A stretch of DNA of 64,000 nt, taken from Scyliorhinus canicula (taxonomy: Eukaryota). Where the stretch lies: the NCBI RefSeq assembly GCF_902713615.1, contig NC_052154.1:91953030-92017029 (forward strand). The letters run 5' to 3'. The notes under the pieces are model-generated. The model did no database searches and had not been told where the DNA came from. It saw only the letters and a program-made list of their open reading frames with translations. The position numbers were made by a program, and so were the translations under genes. Below are positions 48,401-61,955 of the stretch, one piece after another. Numbering within the stretch: the stretch's first letter is position 1; the number at the start of each line of letters is the position of its first letter.

Positions 48401-51400
48401 CCACGCCAACTCGTATCTCTTCTCTCAGTCGCATCAGCCAACACGCCACTATTATGATTTTTGACAGCTGGTTAGAACCATCATTGTCCTGAAAATCCTT
48501 TATCCCTTCATGCTCAACTTATACCCAGCAAATGGATTTGGTCCTTTTGAAACGCGTGATTAAACCAGCACCTTAATCGAACAGCAGATAGGAACAAGCT
48601 TCTCCTATTATTAAGGGGTAAATGAATAATCCTTTGCCATATGATTCTATTTATTTATCGAACATGGCTTATAAATTATGTAAATTATCGAATATACACC
48701 TGTCTGCATCATTGGTACCGAGGTGTAGACGGTTATCAGCTTCAAATTCCGAGGAGCACATATCAAGAACTATAGGCCGTGGTCCACCCACGTCAACCGT
48801 ACGACCAAGAACGCCCAACAGCACCTCTACTTTCTCAGGAAATTAAGTAAATTCGGCATCTCCACATTGACTTTACCAACTTTTTCAGATGCTCCATAAA
48901 AAAAGTATATCTGACTGCATCACAGCCTGGTATGGCAACTGCTTGGCACAAGACTGTACATGACTACAGTGAGTCGTGAACACAGCTCATTCCATGACGC
49001 AAACGCACATCCCATCTATTGACTTTGCCGACACCTCCCCGCTGCCTTGGTAAAGCGGGCTGCATAATCAGAAACACCTCCTACCCGAACTATTCATTCT
49101 TCTAGGTTCTTCGATTGGGCAGGAGATGCAAAAGTCTGAGAAAAAGGACTAACAGGTTCAATGACCGCTTCCTCCACGCTGTTACCAGACACCTGAATGA
49201 CTCTGTTATGGATTGATCTGATCTCTTCACACATCTTCTGTTTTGATTAGCATTCCAGGCCGTATGCTTCACCGGATGTCGATATCTATATATTTATCTT
49301 GTCTATTTATTGTATTCCCTATGTTTTTTGTGTATGAAACAATCTGTCCGGACTGTGTTTTGAATAATGTTTTCACTGTACCTGGGTAGACGTTGGAATA
49401 ATACAAATCCAAAACTAATCCATGTCCAAATCTATTGCAACGAGTTTTTTAACAGATGCACCTTGTCAAGTCCCTTCATATTTTAAGCACCACTATAAAA
49501 CGTGGCTATATTCTTTCTGTCCCAAAAAGAGCAAATCCAATTTATCATGAATTTTCACGAAATAAAACCATTCCAGCCTGGAACAATTGAATAAATCGGC
49601 ATATTACATTATTTCATGACTGCTCTGGACGTCGTATTCACATTGGTTAGGTTGTTTTTTAATCTCTTAAGGATGCAATGGCGGGACAATGCCACACTAA
49701 AATGCATGGCTTAAAGGTAAAGGGAAGAATAGTGGTCTGGAAACACGAAACGCCTGTTCAATGACTGTAGGTATCACAATAAGGAAAAGTGTTTAACGCT
49801 CAAACATTGGAGGTCTGATATATGCTTACTGAAATATTGTTTGCACTTTGTCAATTCGATTAACACTGATTTCACATAACATATGGTGTGCAGTAAATTG
49901 GTTTCTCCCTTTTTACAGTGTTTGGATGTTTTGGAAAACTGTTTCAAACATATTTTGATGGCCCAATTTCGATTGGAACGTTTGTTTCTTGTAAGATCAA
50001 TTTCAGCAGCGATTGGAATGAATGTGCGATGTGGAGATTCGTAACTGAATGATTCTGAACGATATAAGACATGTCTCAAAGCACAATTTCATGTAAATAG
50101 TTCATACCAGATCTTATTTTTTCCAAAATACTGACGAAATAAGAAAGAATGCAGAACTTATGAATATTTCATTCATGATTTTATGCGATGAAATTATGGC
50201 ATTAATAAAGTCTTTGTGATCAGATGAATGTTGGAAACAATAATGCTCGACAATTAATTAGTTCATTGCATATGTTTTACTGCATTCTGGGTCAGGGAGA
50301 AAATGTAGGTCATTATTCACGTGGCGAAATATATGACTCATGGCAAGAACTGTGATAAATGTTTCCGTAGTGCAGCAATAAACAAAAATGAAATGTTATT
50401 GTTGAAGGTTAATATCTGCCAGACGTCCGAAGAAATAAACCGCTTCCTTTGCTTATCACAATGAGCGTTTACTTTTGCTATACTTCATTAGGAATTCAAA
50501 CCTTACGAAATAGTCAACATACTGGAAGTTTACTGACGAGCCAACCGCCCACACAGGAACATCTGGATTGCTGAATATAAATTTGATCAGCTTATGATAA
50601 TTAGTTAAACGTTCCGTGTCTTATTATTCATACGCGAGAGAGAGAAGAGAGAGATAGGTTTGGCAAAATTATACAATGAGTGTCTTCAAGCCCAAAGCAA
50701 CATATTAACCAAAACGTTGATGCTCAACTTTACATTTGCATTGAACAAAATGTTCTAAAACAGAATGGGGGGGGGGGGGGGAGAAGGGGGTGCCAATCGA
50801 CAAAAGAGATGGGAAGGAAAGAGAAGTCACCGTACCCATGCAAATAACAGAAAACTGCCCATTGCACGATTAGCGACCCAGGTAAGGACCCTGAACCAAA
50901 ACATAGAGACGGCAAGAGGGATCCGGGGGCTGTGGGGGGGGGGGGGGGGGGGAAGAGGGGATAGGTACAGAGGAAAATAACTTGTATATTGTAATGGACG
51001 TATATATCCTAATCAAATGTACAGTGTATGAAGTGTAAAACGTTCAATAAAAACATTTCAACAGCAGCGACATTGTACTTTTCCTATTGCCGCATGAGGG
51101 AGTTGGGAGTATAGAAAGAGCGCAGCTGAATGCATCGGAGAAGTGAGTAACCTGAGCACGTTTGATTTTATTTTTTGTAGTCTTTTGCTAAACCTTAAAT
51201 TTCTCCAAATCATCCAGCTGACCACTAACATTTACAGTATGGTATGCCGTGGTATTTGCCAATATGTCCATGCGTTGGGGAATGTGAGCAGAGAAAACCC
51301 TTGCGGCTGCCCTTCCACTTATTCCTGCCAGTCCTGCTGCCACAACTGTCTCGACCACTGTCTACATGAAGCACAGGCAGTGGACCACCTCCATCTGGCA

Positions 51401-51920
51401 CTGCACCACATCACGCTGTGACTGTTCCACTATGCTCGGGGTCTGCACCACATCAGCCAATAATTGGGCCATCTCCCTCTGGGAATGGGCCACCTCTCTC
51501 TGTGTCAGTACCACGACGGCCAGCGCCTGGGCAATGCTGCCGACGTTTACAGACATTGTCCACTGTAATGAAACCATGGTCAGGAGCGCCGCGGTAATGC
51601 TTAGTTGGCTCTGGCTCATGGCTGCCAGTAAGAGGGAAGCCCTGTCTTGGGAGTCGGCGCCCTCCTGCACAGATTGCCCCAGGCCTTGGAAATGCTGATC
51701 CATTGCGAAATCCCTCGCCTTCAAGGCTTACACCGTGGATGCTTCCCATGTGATATTGGTCTGCGTGGCACTGATGGCCATAACCACCTCCTGCTGCTCC
51801 ACATGGTTGGTGGCGTGGAAATTATAAGTCAGCACTTCGAGTTTTCGCTAAAGGTCTTTTAATTACACACAACGTTCGTGGAGGGCTGGCAGACAGCAGT
51901 CATTCGAAATGCCCTGTGTT

Positions 51921-52058
51921 ACATAAGAACATAAGAACTAGGAGCAGGAGTAGGCCATCTGGCCCCTCGAGCCTGCTCCGACATTCAATTAGATCATGGC
52001 TGATCTTTTGTGGACTCAGCTCCACTTTCCGACCTGAACACCATCACCCTTAATCCCT
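51921..52058 (-). mobile_element. Short CR1 3' tail fragment
   Basis: acataagaacataagaactaggagcaggagtaggccatctggcccctcgagcc, as at 3089. Confidence 0.85.
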
Positions 52059-52419
52059 TTATTATTCAAAAAACTAATAGTTTACATAGGTAAAGCAGAA
52101 ATTTATATCATACAGTGAGCAATATCTGGGACAAAAACACTGCTCTGGATTAGAGAGATGGAAAAGCAAGTAGGCCGGAGCCAAATTTTAATAATACAAC
52201 ATTGGGTTCCTTGCCAAAGAAACAGAAAATCATGTTGTCAGGAAAACAATGTGCAGCTGTACGCTTGTTTACATTTTATGACCTTCTGACTATTTCACAC
52301 CGCAATATTGACTGAAAGAAGGTTCAATATCCATCATGCTTTGCCAAGTGCGTATTTTCAAGGAATATAGTCATGCATCTGGTTAAAATGAATAGCCTTA
52401 AGCAGGCCACTAATGCGCA

Positions 52420-55400
52420 CACCCTTCTACAGCTGAACTTCTTCGCCTGCGGCTGTAGGTGCTGAATGTTCTCCAACAACCGCATAATCGATCCCACCGC
52501 GATGCTGAAGGGGCCCCAACCGCAAGTTCCCTGCCGACCTCGAATTCAACAGGATTCGGATATCGGAGTGCCAGATCCCGCCTATGAACCAACAACAGCG
52601 CCCGACCCGTCAGATCCAGCTGCCGGAGCACCCAACCCAGCCCCCGGTCACGAGACCCGGATCTGAGAGGTCGTCCCAGTGACCCGAACTGCAGAGGCCT
52701 GCCTAGCGACTTGATGTACCTGAGAATGGGAGGACGATTCCATGTCGAGGCACGACCAGGCCTACTCCAAGGCCGCCCACCAGGAGCACCCAACCAGACC
52801 ACCAAGGATGGAGAAGAACATGGGACCCGGTCCAACCTGACTAAAGATCCCTGCGTCTGGAATCCAAGACCCACAAAACGGTAGAGACCCCTTGCAAGGA
52901 TCCGAAAGCACCGCAAAGTATTCCCGGACTTGCGCAATGGTGGGTAATGACGGATTCCAAATATGCCCACCCACCAACAACCCCAAAATTGCAACCAGGA
53001 CCCGTGAACCTGCCTGACATAACTGTGACAGGGAAACCAGTGGCCCGGCCTCCACCTGTCACACCCATTTACATCCCACAAGATCAAACGTCATCCACCG
53101 GATCCTGGGACCATGCAGACGCTGCCAGCCAACTGAAATGCGGTGGCAAGGAGGTGAGGGTAAAGCAACACAGTTTCAAGACTCTTTTCCCCAGCTTTTT
53201 CCTGGAAACTTCCTCGCGATCAAAAGGAAGCCGGACGAACTTTAGGCTAGACTGACCATTCAGAGCGAAAAGGGGACTGCTATATGCTCTGTTTCACAGA
53301 GACATCACCCACCCCTGCCTCTGGGACTGTGTCATACAAACTAAAGGCTTCTCAATTCAGCAGATGAACCTGATTGTGTCAAGCGGCCAAGCAAAGGGTA
53401 GAAGTGGTTTGCCTCCTCATCTATTCCTCTTGGTTTGTAATGTGGTGACCCTCGCGACATCCTGTTAAACAGACCTGGAATACCTGACCATAAAGTGCCG
53501 CTCTTACTATCTTCCACATGAGTTATCACGGTGGCCTACACCCACTCCTGGGAGACATGAAGATGGCACTGGACGAATTGTACACAGTTATGAACAACAA
53601 TTAAACAGAACACCCAGAGGCGTTGTTCATCTTGGGCTGGGGCTTCAACAAGGTCGACCTCAGGAGTGTACAGCCAAAATTCTACCAACACGTATCCTGT
53701 CCCACTAAGGGCGACAACACGCTTGACCACTGCTAAACAAAAACCAAGGATGCCGACCATTCCATCCCCCGACCGCACTTTGGAAAATCAGACCATAATA
53801 TGATGCTCCGTCTCCCAGCATACAATCAGAAACTACAGTGGGAGAATCCGGTTAAGAAGGTCATGCAGTGCTGGTCCGAGGAAACAGCTCCTACATTACT
53901 CCTTGGAGTCAGTGGTCTGGTCCATATTTAAGAACTCAGCATCCAAACTAAACGAGTATGCCACCACCATCACAGATTTGACCACAAATGTGTGGACGAC
54001 TGTTTGTCAAAGAAAGTAGTACGTATGTTCCCCAATCAGAAACCTGGCTTAATTGGGAGATTGACTGCCGTATGAAGGCCAGGTCTGAGGCGCTCAATCC
54101 GGTGACCTAGACTCCAAATGCTAGTACACCCTCCACAAAGTCATCAGAAATGCCAGGAAAGAACATCAGACCAAGCTAGTGATACATGTTCTCGTCGGTT
54201 TTGGCAAGGTCTAAAGGACATGTTGAGCTACTAATAAAAGCCGAGTAGATTGTCTAGGAGCTGCACAACTCTCCCCAATGAAACACTGCATTATATGCTT
54301 GGGTCAAGCGGGAAATCATCAAACCACTGTCAGCCCTGAGCACACTCATACCCGCCGTCACTGATTCCTCAATCAGATCGAACTTCCTGAATGTGAACCC
54401 TTGGAAAGCGACGGGTGCGGACGGGGTCCCTAGTTGCACACTCAGATGCTTTGTGGACAAGCCAACAGATGTGTTTGTGGGCATCTTCAACCGCTCGCGA
54501 CTCAATTCAGAGATCAGCATCTGCTTCAAGAAGACCATCTACACCACTACATCAACTCCATACTCCCAGAATGTCTTGACCCACTGCAATCCCCAGACTC
54601 CGGCAACCGTGTCACAGCAGACACCATCTCACCTGCCCGACTCATCCCTGGAGCATCTCGATTCCTTTATCAGACTCCTATTTATTGAACACAGATCTAG
54701 CTTCAACACCATAATCCCAGCGAAACTCATAGCTAATCTCCAAACCTAGGACTTGGCCCCGCACTCTGCAACCGGATTCTCGATTTTCTGACATACAGAC
54801 CACAATCAATAAGAATAATACCAACACCTCCTCCACGATTGTCCTCAATACCCGTGTCTTGTAAGGCTGTGTGATTACACCACCCCTTCTATACTCCCTT
54901 TTCACACACACGACTGTGTGGCAAAATTTGGCTCCAGCTGAATATACAAGTTTGCTGATGGCACTACCGTCGTAGGTCGGATCTCAAATGAAAAATGAAA
55001 ATGAAATGAAACAACGACGAATCAGAGAACCTGCTGGAGTGATGTAACGGCAATAATCTCTCCCTCAATGACAGCAAAACAAACGAGCTGTTCATTGACT
55101 TCAGGAAGCAAAGTAGCGGCTCGTTTTACACATTGGGAAAAAAGGCTGGTTTGTACAGCAGATCAAGGCCAGTAGCGTAGGTTGAATTCCCGTACCAGCC
55201 TCCCGAACAGGTGGCGGAATGTGGCAACGAGGGGATTTTTACAGTAACTTCATTTGACGCTTACTTGTGACAATAAGCGATCTTCATTTTATTCATTAAT
55301 TTGTACACACCCCTGTAGCATTAACGGCCCGAGATGGAGATGGTTGACAGCTTCAAATTCCTCCTTGTGCGCATCACTAACACTCTGTCCTGGTCCACCC

Positions 55401-56020
55401 ACGTCGACACTACCACTAAGAAACCACAACAGCGCCTACACTTCCTCAGGAAAATAAGGAAATTCGGCATGTCCGCATTGAATGTTACCAACTGTTACAG
55501 TTGCACCATGGAAAGCATCCTATCTGGCTGCATTACAGACTTGTATGGCAACTACTCGGCCCAAGAAAGCAAGATACTTCAGAGAGTTGTGAACATTACC
55601 CAGTCAATCACACGATCACGCGACCCAACCATTGACTCTGTCTACACCACCCGCTGCCTTGAGAAAGTGGGAAGCACAATCAAAGACACCTTCCATCCTG
55701 CTTACTCACTATTCCAATTTCTTCCATTTGGCAGGAGATGCAAAGGGGTGAGAACACTCAATAGCAGATTCAAAAACAGCTTCTTCCCTGCTGTTCCCAG
55801 ACTCCGAAACAACCCTCTTCTGGACTGGTCTGATTAATATTACACCCCTGCATGTTTCACGCGATGCATTTGTCTATCTATTTAGATTATGTACATTGTG
55901 TTGTCTTGTTCAGTATTTTCTTTTCATGTACAATATCATCTGTTTGAGTTGTAGCCAGAAAAATACTTTCCACTGTAGATCCATACAGGTGGCAATAAAG
56001 AAATCCAGGCCAATCCAATC
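52420..56020 (+). mobile_element. Long decayed Rex1/Babar-type LINE (APE and RT remnants)
   Basis: LEYLTIKCRSYYLPHE (APE), NPWKATGADGVP, RLLFIEHRSSFNTIIP, and ORF 55334-55837 (VDSFKFL...WSTHVDTTTKKPQQRLHFLRK...RFKNSFFP). The 5' boundary is uncertain. Confidence 0.8.
55135..55295 (+). mobile_element. Short SINE of a second family, inserted in the Rex element
   Basis: ggctggttt...ggttgaattcccgtaccagcctcccgaacagg...acttgtgacaataagcgat. Confidence 0.7.
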
Positions 56021-56029
56021 ATGTTGTCC

Positions 56030-57600
56030 CTGACTCTTTGACTGCATCTCTACGATCAATGGAACTGTTCATTATAGAAGCCCGAAACATATTGGATGGC
56101 ACCTAGTCTTTGGGGTTTGCTGCACTCTGAGCGTCTGCCCTCTCAGGAGTCCGCACTTCCTCCTGATGTACCGGGACATTTTTGTGGTGAGCACCAGATC
56201 ATTTCCTAGGAGCCTCTTCACTAAACTGCCTAAGCGAGGCGAGTGTCTCTGGGATGAAGGAGGGTGCGAAAGACAGCGTTGACGGGAAATCTGTGTTATC
56301 CTCGGGCATCAGCTCCGGGATTTACTTGGTCTCATTAATGGCGCATCCCATGTCAGAATTATTGTCGCTGCTTGCCACCTGCCGACCTGGCTGTGGCTGG
56401 GAGCGGAGGACAAGAGAAGAACATTCCCCATCACTAGCAGACCCCGCAAGACAAAAGAAAAGTTAGATATTTAGGCTTTGGGTTCAGGGATTAGTGGGGA
56501 TGGTGGGAAGTGTAGAGTGGGGGTCAGGGTGTGGTATCGGCGAATGGATAGTGTTAAGGTGACGTGGGCTTATGGGAGGTCTGTGGGTGAGGGTGGTGTG
56601 GGGGTGAGGGTGCCGTGTGCATTTTATACGGATGGGGGTTAAGGTGCATTTGGGGAGCGTGACACACATGTCACGGGCCACCGCAACTCAGTGGAGTCTC
56701 ACTTCCTCGCAAGAAGCTGATCTCCATTTTAGCGACAGCCCTTTCATCGGGGCCACCAAACAGGTCCATGGCCTGCCTGTCCACCATGGTGAAGGGACGC
56801 AGGTGTGGCCGTCCTTCTCCAGACTTCTCCTGGTCCCAGTAGCTATGGGCGAGATTCTCGGGGGGGGGGGGGGGGGGGGAGCGGGGCGGAAGCAGGACAT
56901 ACATAGAGTTAGACAATCCGATGGATGCAGCTGAACGGGTGGGTATCTGGTGGCCTCAGTGGCCACGGCACCCGACCTTGTCGGCCAGTATGGTTCCTGG
57001 CATGTGGTGGAGAGTGCGAGTTCGGCCACCCTCTGGGTGAAGGGGTTGGGTCACGGCTGAGTGGAATAGTGGCTGGTGTCAAGGGCACTGCGCTTTCCAC
57101 TAACCCTGGCCGTATGAGGAGGGTGTGCCTTTTCTTCTGGCACTTCTGGCCGCGGATGCTGTTGCTCATTGTACTTCCTGCCTCTGCCACCTGCGTTCAG
57201 GTACAGCGAACAGCGGCGACTGGCAGCCTTGTTCCCGATCCAGAGTGCAGGGTTGACAGCCTCTTCTCCACAGCATACAGGAGGGTCTCAAGTTTGGCAT
57301 CCGTGAACCTCGTGGCCACTCTCCTTTCCATCATGTTGTTCGCTGGGATGGTGTACGTGTCGCCAGTGATGTGTTCTATGCTGCTGCAGCTTGTCAAATT
57401 CCAAAGTGACAGTCGCGTCTCCGGAAAATCAGGCACCGTTTCTCATTTGAATTTATTGTGTTTTGTGTGGCGCAGCTGCTGGTACCTCAATGGTCGATGA
57501 ATTGGTCCAGGCAGGGCACGAGGTGCGTTGTCATGCATGGTGAGGATTACGAGGGATTCCGAATATTGAAGGAGGACACAGGTTGATTTCCGGAGGTCAA
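56030..57600 (-). mobile_element. Fourth decayed Harbinger, Myb/SANT gene remnant
   Basis: MMERRVATRFTDAKLETLLYAVEKR...AQVAEA...RGQKCQKK (exon-1-like) and QEKSGEGRPHLRPFTMVDRQAMDLFGGPDER (exon-2-like). Confidence 0.7.
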
Positions 57601-59389
57601 TGAATATGCGAACAGCCAGAGAGTTTGGTGTTCAGATTAATTTACATAGAATTTACAGTGCAGAAGGAGGCCATTCTGCCCATCGAGCCTGCACCGACTC
57701 TGTAGGGCCCCGAATGGCCTACCCCTGCCGGATTTTCAATGTTTCAATGTGTTAAGATTTTGGTCAATTGCCTGACAGGTCCCAGCACTGTAGTTGTCTA
57801 TCCAGACACTTTTTGTAAACTGTTTAGCGTTTTTGCCAAAACTACCTTTTCAGTCAATGAATTCCACATGCGACTGGCGTCTGGGTTAACAAACATTTCC
57901 TCATCTTCCCGCTAATCTACGTTGACCACCACAACATGATATTTCCCCTCCTACTCCAAGTTCCACTGTAGCCCACTTGAGATATTCCGAGCCCTGCATC
58001 GGGTAGGTAACACAACCTTCGGGATTCTCCATCCTTGTCACAGAGAACAATGTCAATGCCCTAATTATTCTCTGCCCAATTACGGCGATAATTCTTCCCG
58101 AACTTGAATGGCTCCCTGTATCACGGTGCTATGGTCTTCCGGCCTTATCTTCTCCTTCGTCCCCAGTCCCACCCACACAGGGAGCAAGAATCTCAAAATT
58201 GTTGGACAGAGACAATCACCCGCAGCCACACCTTCCTGTCCGTCACCACTGGTCGAAATTATTATTCTAAGGAGTGTTATTACCTCCTGGAACACAGTAT
58301 CCATGTAGACTACCCCCCCCCCCCCCCCGTCCCTGATGTGTCACTGCGTCCGAAACTCAGAATTAAACAAATCAATCTCAGCCAGAGTTCCTCGAGCAAA
58401 CAGCAACTACGACAGATGTTGGCACGAGGAACCACAATGGGGTCCACCAGCTCCCACATCACTTGACAACACAACACGTGACCCACAATCGCTTTTTTAT
58501 TTAATTCAATTTTAATTTGTTTTTTTAAATGTTTAACTGTATTTATATGTCTCATTATTATGTAAGTCTGAAACGATTGATAACCAGCCATGCAAAGTAA
58601 TTTTTTAGGTTTAGCACAGCTTCCCTATTAACCAATCAATTTATAACCTTCCTCTAATGTCACTTTTTAGTTGTTTTCCCCCAGTCGGAACACTCAGTAG
58701 ATCATGAATGAGTGTGACACTTGCCTTCATGACTTTCAGTTCCGGTTTTGCCTGCACTGCTCAGCTCAGCTGCAGTTAAAAAGGTCTCAGGTCCCCTAGG
58801 CAATGGATTTATTCCGCTTACTTTTACGAGTTAAAATTCGAGTTTCTCCCTCTCCGCTCACCTACGCTTCCGAGAGAAATTTGCTAACTCCTGAGGAGTC
58901 TGAGGACACATCTCTGTGATAGGCAAGCAGTCATTTAGGCTTGGCAGGAGCATCCTGTTAGCTGCGAATATCACTCGCATTGATACTGCAAAGTAAAAAC
59001 GTGAAATGGCTGGCATGATGTGTTCCTCCTTTATTGATGCTTTTCACATCTACAATATCCTGGGTTAAAATGGGCACTTTGCAGTCCCAAAGTGGTTGGC
59101 TGAGGTGAATTCCTACTTTTCCGCTTCGTAAGCAGCAATGATCTGATCAGGGCAGCCATCATTTCGCAGGATGTCTTGAAAGCACCTTATTTGAGGACAG
59201 AACTGATGTGATTATAGTATGTATTTTCTAGTGATTGATAATGATATAGTCATTGATAATGCACGTGCTGCAATAATAGACGTGGGAGCAAAATGGAAGC
59301 TTGGGTGACTACCAGGGTAGAAGCAGCATGGATCTGTAATCATCAACCAAACTGCAAGTAGAGTGCGGTAGATTTTTTCCCGTCCTTTT

Positions 59390-59965
59390 ATTTCAATTAT
59401 TTTTTATGCGATGTGGGCTTCGTGATCATTTCTGGCCCACGACAATTGCCCTTGAGAATGTGGTGTTGAGCTGATTTTTTGAATTGCTGCAGTCCATGTG
59501 GTTTATAAGTGAGTTGGAGGGGAATGTCCGAGTGGTGATGTTCCCTTCTATATATGCTGACCTTCTCCTTCGAGATGCTCATGTTCGTGTTTGTGGAACG
59601 TGCTCTTCAAGGAAATTAGGTGAGCTCCTGCAGTGCATCTTTGATATGGTATATTCAGCCGCTACTCTGCATAGGTGGTGGAGGGACTGATGTTTTGTGG
59701 AAGGACTGCCAATCAAGTGGGCTGCTTTGGCTTGGATGGTATCGAGCATCTTGAGTGTTGTTGGAGCTGTGCTAATCCAGCCAAATGGCAACGATCCCAT
59801 CAAATCAGCAAATGATCTGTTGTACGCGATGAACAGATTTTATGGGGTCAGGAGGTGAGTTACTTGCCACAGGATTCCTAGCCTCTGACCTGCTATTGTA
59901 GCCACGGTATTTATATGGCTAGTCCATTTCAGTCCCACGCAATAGTAAACACTAGGATGTTGATA
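59390..59965 (-). mobile_element. 3' fragment of the same LINE family as 17770-19200
   Basis: WISTAPTTLKMLDTIQAKAAHLIG...SLHHLCRVAA...KMHC. Confidence 0.7.
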
Positions 59966-60059
59966 GTGGGGGAATAATATAATCATATAATAGAATCATA
60001 GAATACCTACTGTGCAGACGGAAGTCATTCAGCCCATCAAGCCTGCACTGAGCTCTGAA

Positions 60060-60196
60060 ATAGCTGGTTTAACACAGGGCTAAATTGCTGGCTTTTAGAG
60101 CAGACCAAGACAGGTAAGCAGAACGGTTTCATTCCCGCACCCATCTCCCCAAACAGGTGCCGGAATGTGGCCACTCGGGGCTTTTCACAGCAACTT
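60060..60196 (+). mobile_element. Second-family SINE, 3'-truncated where the ERV sequence begins
   Basis: gctggtttaacacagggctaaattgctggc...ggaatgtggccactcggggcttttcacagcaactt. Confidence 0.75.
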
Positions 60197-60272
60197 AGGG
60201 TCGATTCGGGTGGGTTTGATATCCTCCCCCTTGTTGATCCGCCCACCCAAGGTCACAATATTGGTGTTCCAG

Positions 60273-61481
60273 CTAGTAAGCCTGTGTATCTGCCACTGGT
60301 TGGGGTCTCACTTCATCCTTTTTCATTACATATTTAGTCTTAATCTTTGTAACTGTGCCTCCTTCCTGGCCTACACCCTCCTTCCAATAAAATTTGACTG
60401 CTCGGGCCATCTGGGAAGGGTCGTTCTCTGTCCAATTCATGTTATTACATTTCACGGCAGTAGCCATGGAAGGTGGTAGGCAATGCATTAACATAGCACA
60501 ATATTGAGGGGAATTCGGACCATTTTGGTAGAGCAAGTCGCCTGACTGCCCACGATAGATTTCATTAAAGCGTTCCAGAAATTCCTCTGGCTCCTCAGTC
60601 TTTTTAGGTTTGAGGTCTAAGATAGCAGAGATATTCATGGGCTTTTGAAATGTGGCATTCAACTCATTCAGGATTTGTGCCCGTCTATCATCGTCCAAGG
60701 CATGGGCTTGCTGAAGTGCGGCGTGACTAGCATAATTCAAGTGGCTGAGGTGACTGTGGTACTCTGCTGGGGTTAAAACCTGCTGGACTAGGGCCCAGAG
60801 GTCCCTAAAATCAGCTTGACAAACTGAGATGGTAGTTGTCAAATAGTCCACGAAAGCAGCAGGAGATTTCTTCCTGTCTTGGATTGCAGCCAGAATAGCC
60901 ATCATCTCACTGGGTCTCCATGGGAGATAAACGCCTATCGTGGGCTGCGCTACTGCTGTAGCAGCATCAGGCTTGGGTATTTTCCTAATCGACAACTGTC
61001 TCAGAGTCTCACTAGGGGGCGCTTTAGCACATTCCTCTGGCTCTTCAAAGACTTTTTTGGTTACTCGAGTCTGCCCTGTTAGGTATCTCCCTCTCTTTAC
61101 TTGCGCGTTTTTTGAATGCACATCCTTTTACAAGATCTCCAGAGTTTTCTGGTTCCCCCCTTCACTACTTGGAATCCCCATTTTAAGGGCATTTTCTTGC
61201 CAACTTGATAACATGATCTTATCACTCTCCTCTTGACAATATTGTCTCCATTATCCAATCAACTCTTTGGCTCGCATACTTTGTTTTTTTCTCCATATTT
61301 CACCCTGAATTTGTTTAATAATCTCCAGATCTTTAGTGCCCCCTACTGTCCATTCGTCACCCAATTTCTTCCTTAAAGTTGCTGATAATTTTCTAAAATC
61401 TCTCGCTTTATCTGGATAAATATCACATAATATTTGCAAAGAACTGTTTGGATCACTCGTGTTATCCAAGCAATTCCCCAT
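60273..61481 (-). pseudogene. gag: Retroviral gag (MA and CA), with an in-frame stop at 61251-61253 and a frameshift near 61120
   Basis: Met-Gly start MGNCLD; MA motif WTVGGTKD (cf. WPxxGTxD); CA GVYLPWRPSEM; major-homology-like KPKKTEEPEEFLERF. No zinc knuckle before the truncation. Confidence 0.85.
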
Positions 61482-61576
61482 AATCTCGAACTAGTCCTCA
61501 AGACTGCCTTGTTCGCCACTACAGTCCAAGGATACGATTTTAGCTTAATCAATTATAGTTTCCAAAACACACGTGG

Positions 61577-61699
61577 AACTGAACTGTCTTTCTGACATTC
61601 CATCAATTCCGCAATCAACCCTTAACTGAACTGTCTTTCCGACATCCCATCAGTTCCGCAATCAACCCTTAACTGAACTGTCTTTCCGACATCCCATCA
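61577..61699 (-). repeat. 47-bp direct repeat x2.6 in the ERV leader
   Basis: aactgaactgtctttccgacatcccatcagttccgcaatcaaccctt starting at 61577, 61624 and (partial) 61671. Confidence 0.95.
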
Positions 61700-61955
61700 T
61701 TTTTTTTCAATCCTCAGTCGCACCTACATCGACTGAATTTTTAAATTTTCAAATCCCCAGACAGACCTTTGATTTAGTCGAGACGATATTTCCGTACCAA
61801 CCGCGAGTGACCAGACCAGTAAGTCCATGAGAAAAGGGGAAAAACAACGTGGTCATTTTCAAGCTACTCACATTGTGGACCCATTTCCACTTTCTTTCCT
61901 TGTCCAACATCAGTCTAATTCTGATTTCGCTGCTGGCCGGAGACCGTCTGGAGAA

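Larger units (their letters stand above)
34341..51808 (+). repeat. Copy B of the ~17.4 kb duplication
   Basis: Colinear with 1-17409; continues without a gap into unique sequence after 51808. Confidence 0.97.

Noticed and set aside
52410-53087. 225-aa minus-strand ORF
   Set aside because: GC-rich, antisense to the probable 5' region of the Rex element, with no domain signature.
60270-60280. TAG at the end of the gag ORF as a gag-pol read-through codon
   Set aside because: No nucleocapsid zinc knuckle before it and no protease motif after it; more likely a premature stop close to the truncation.
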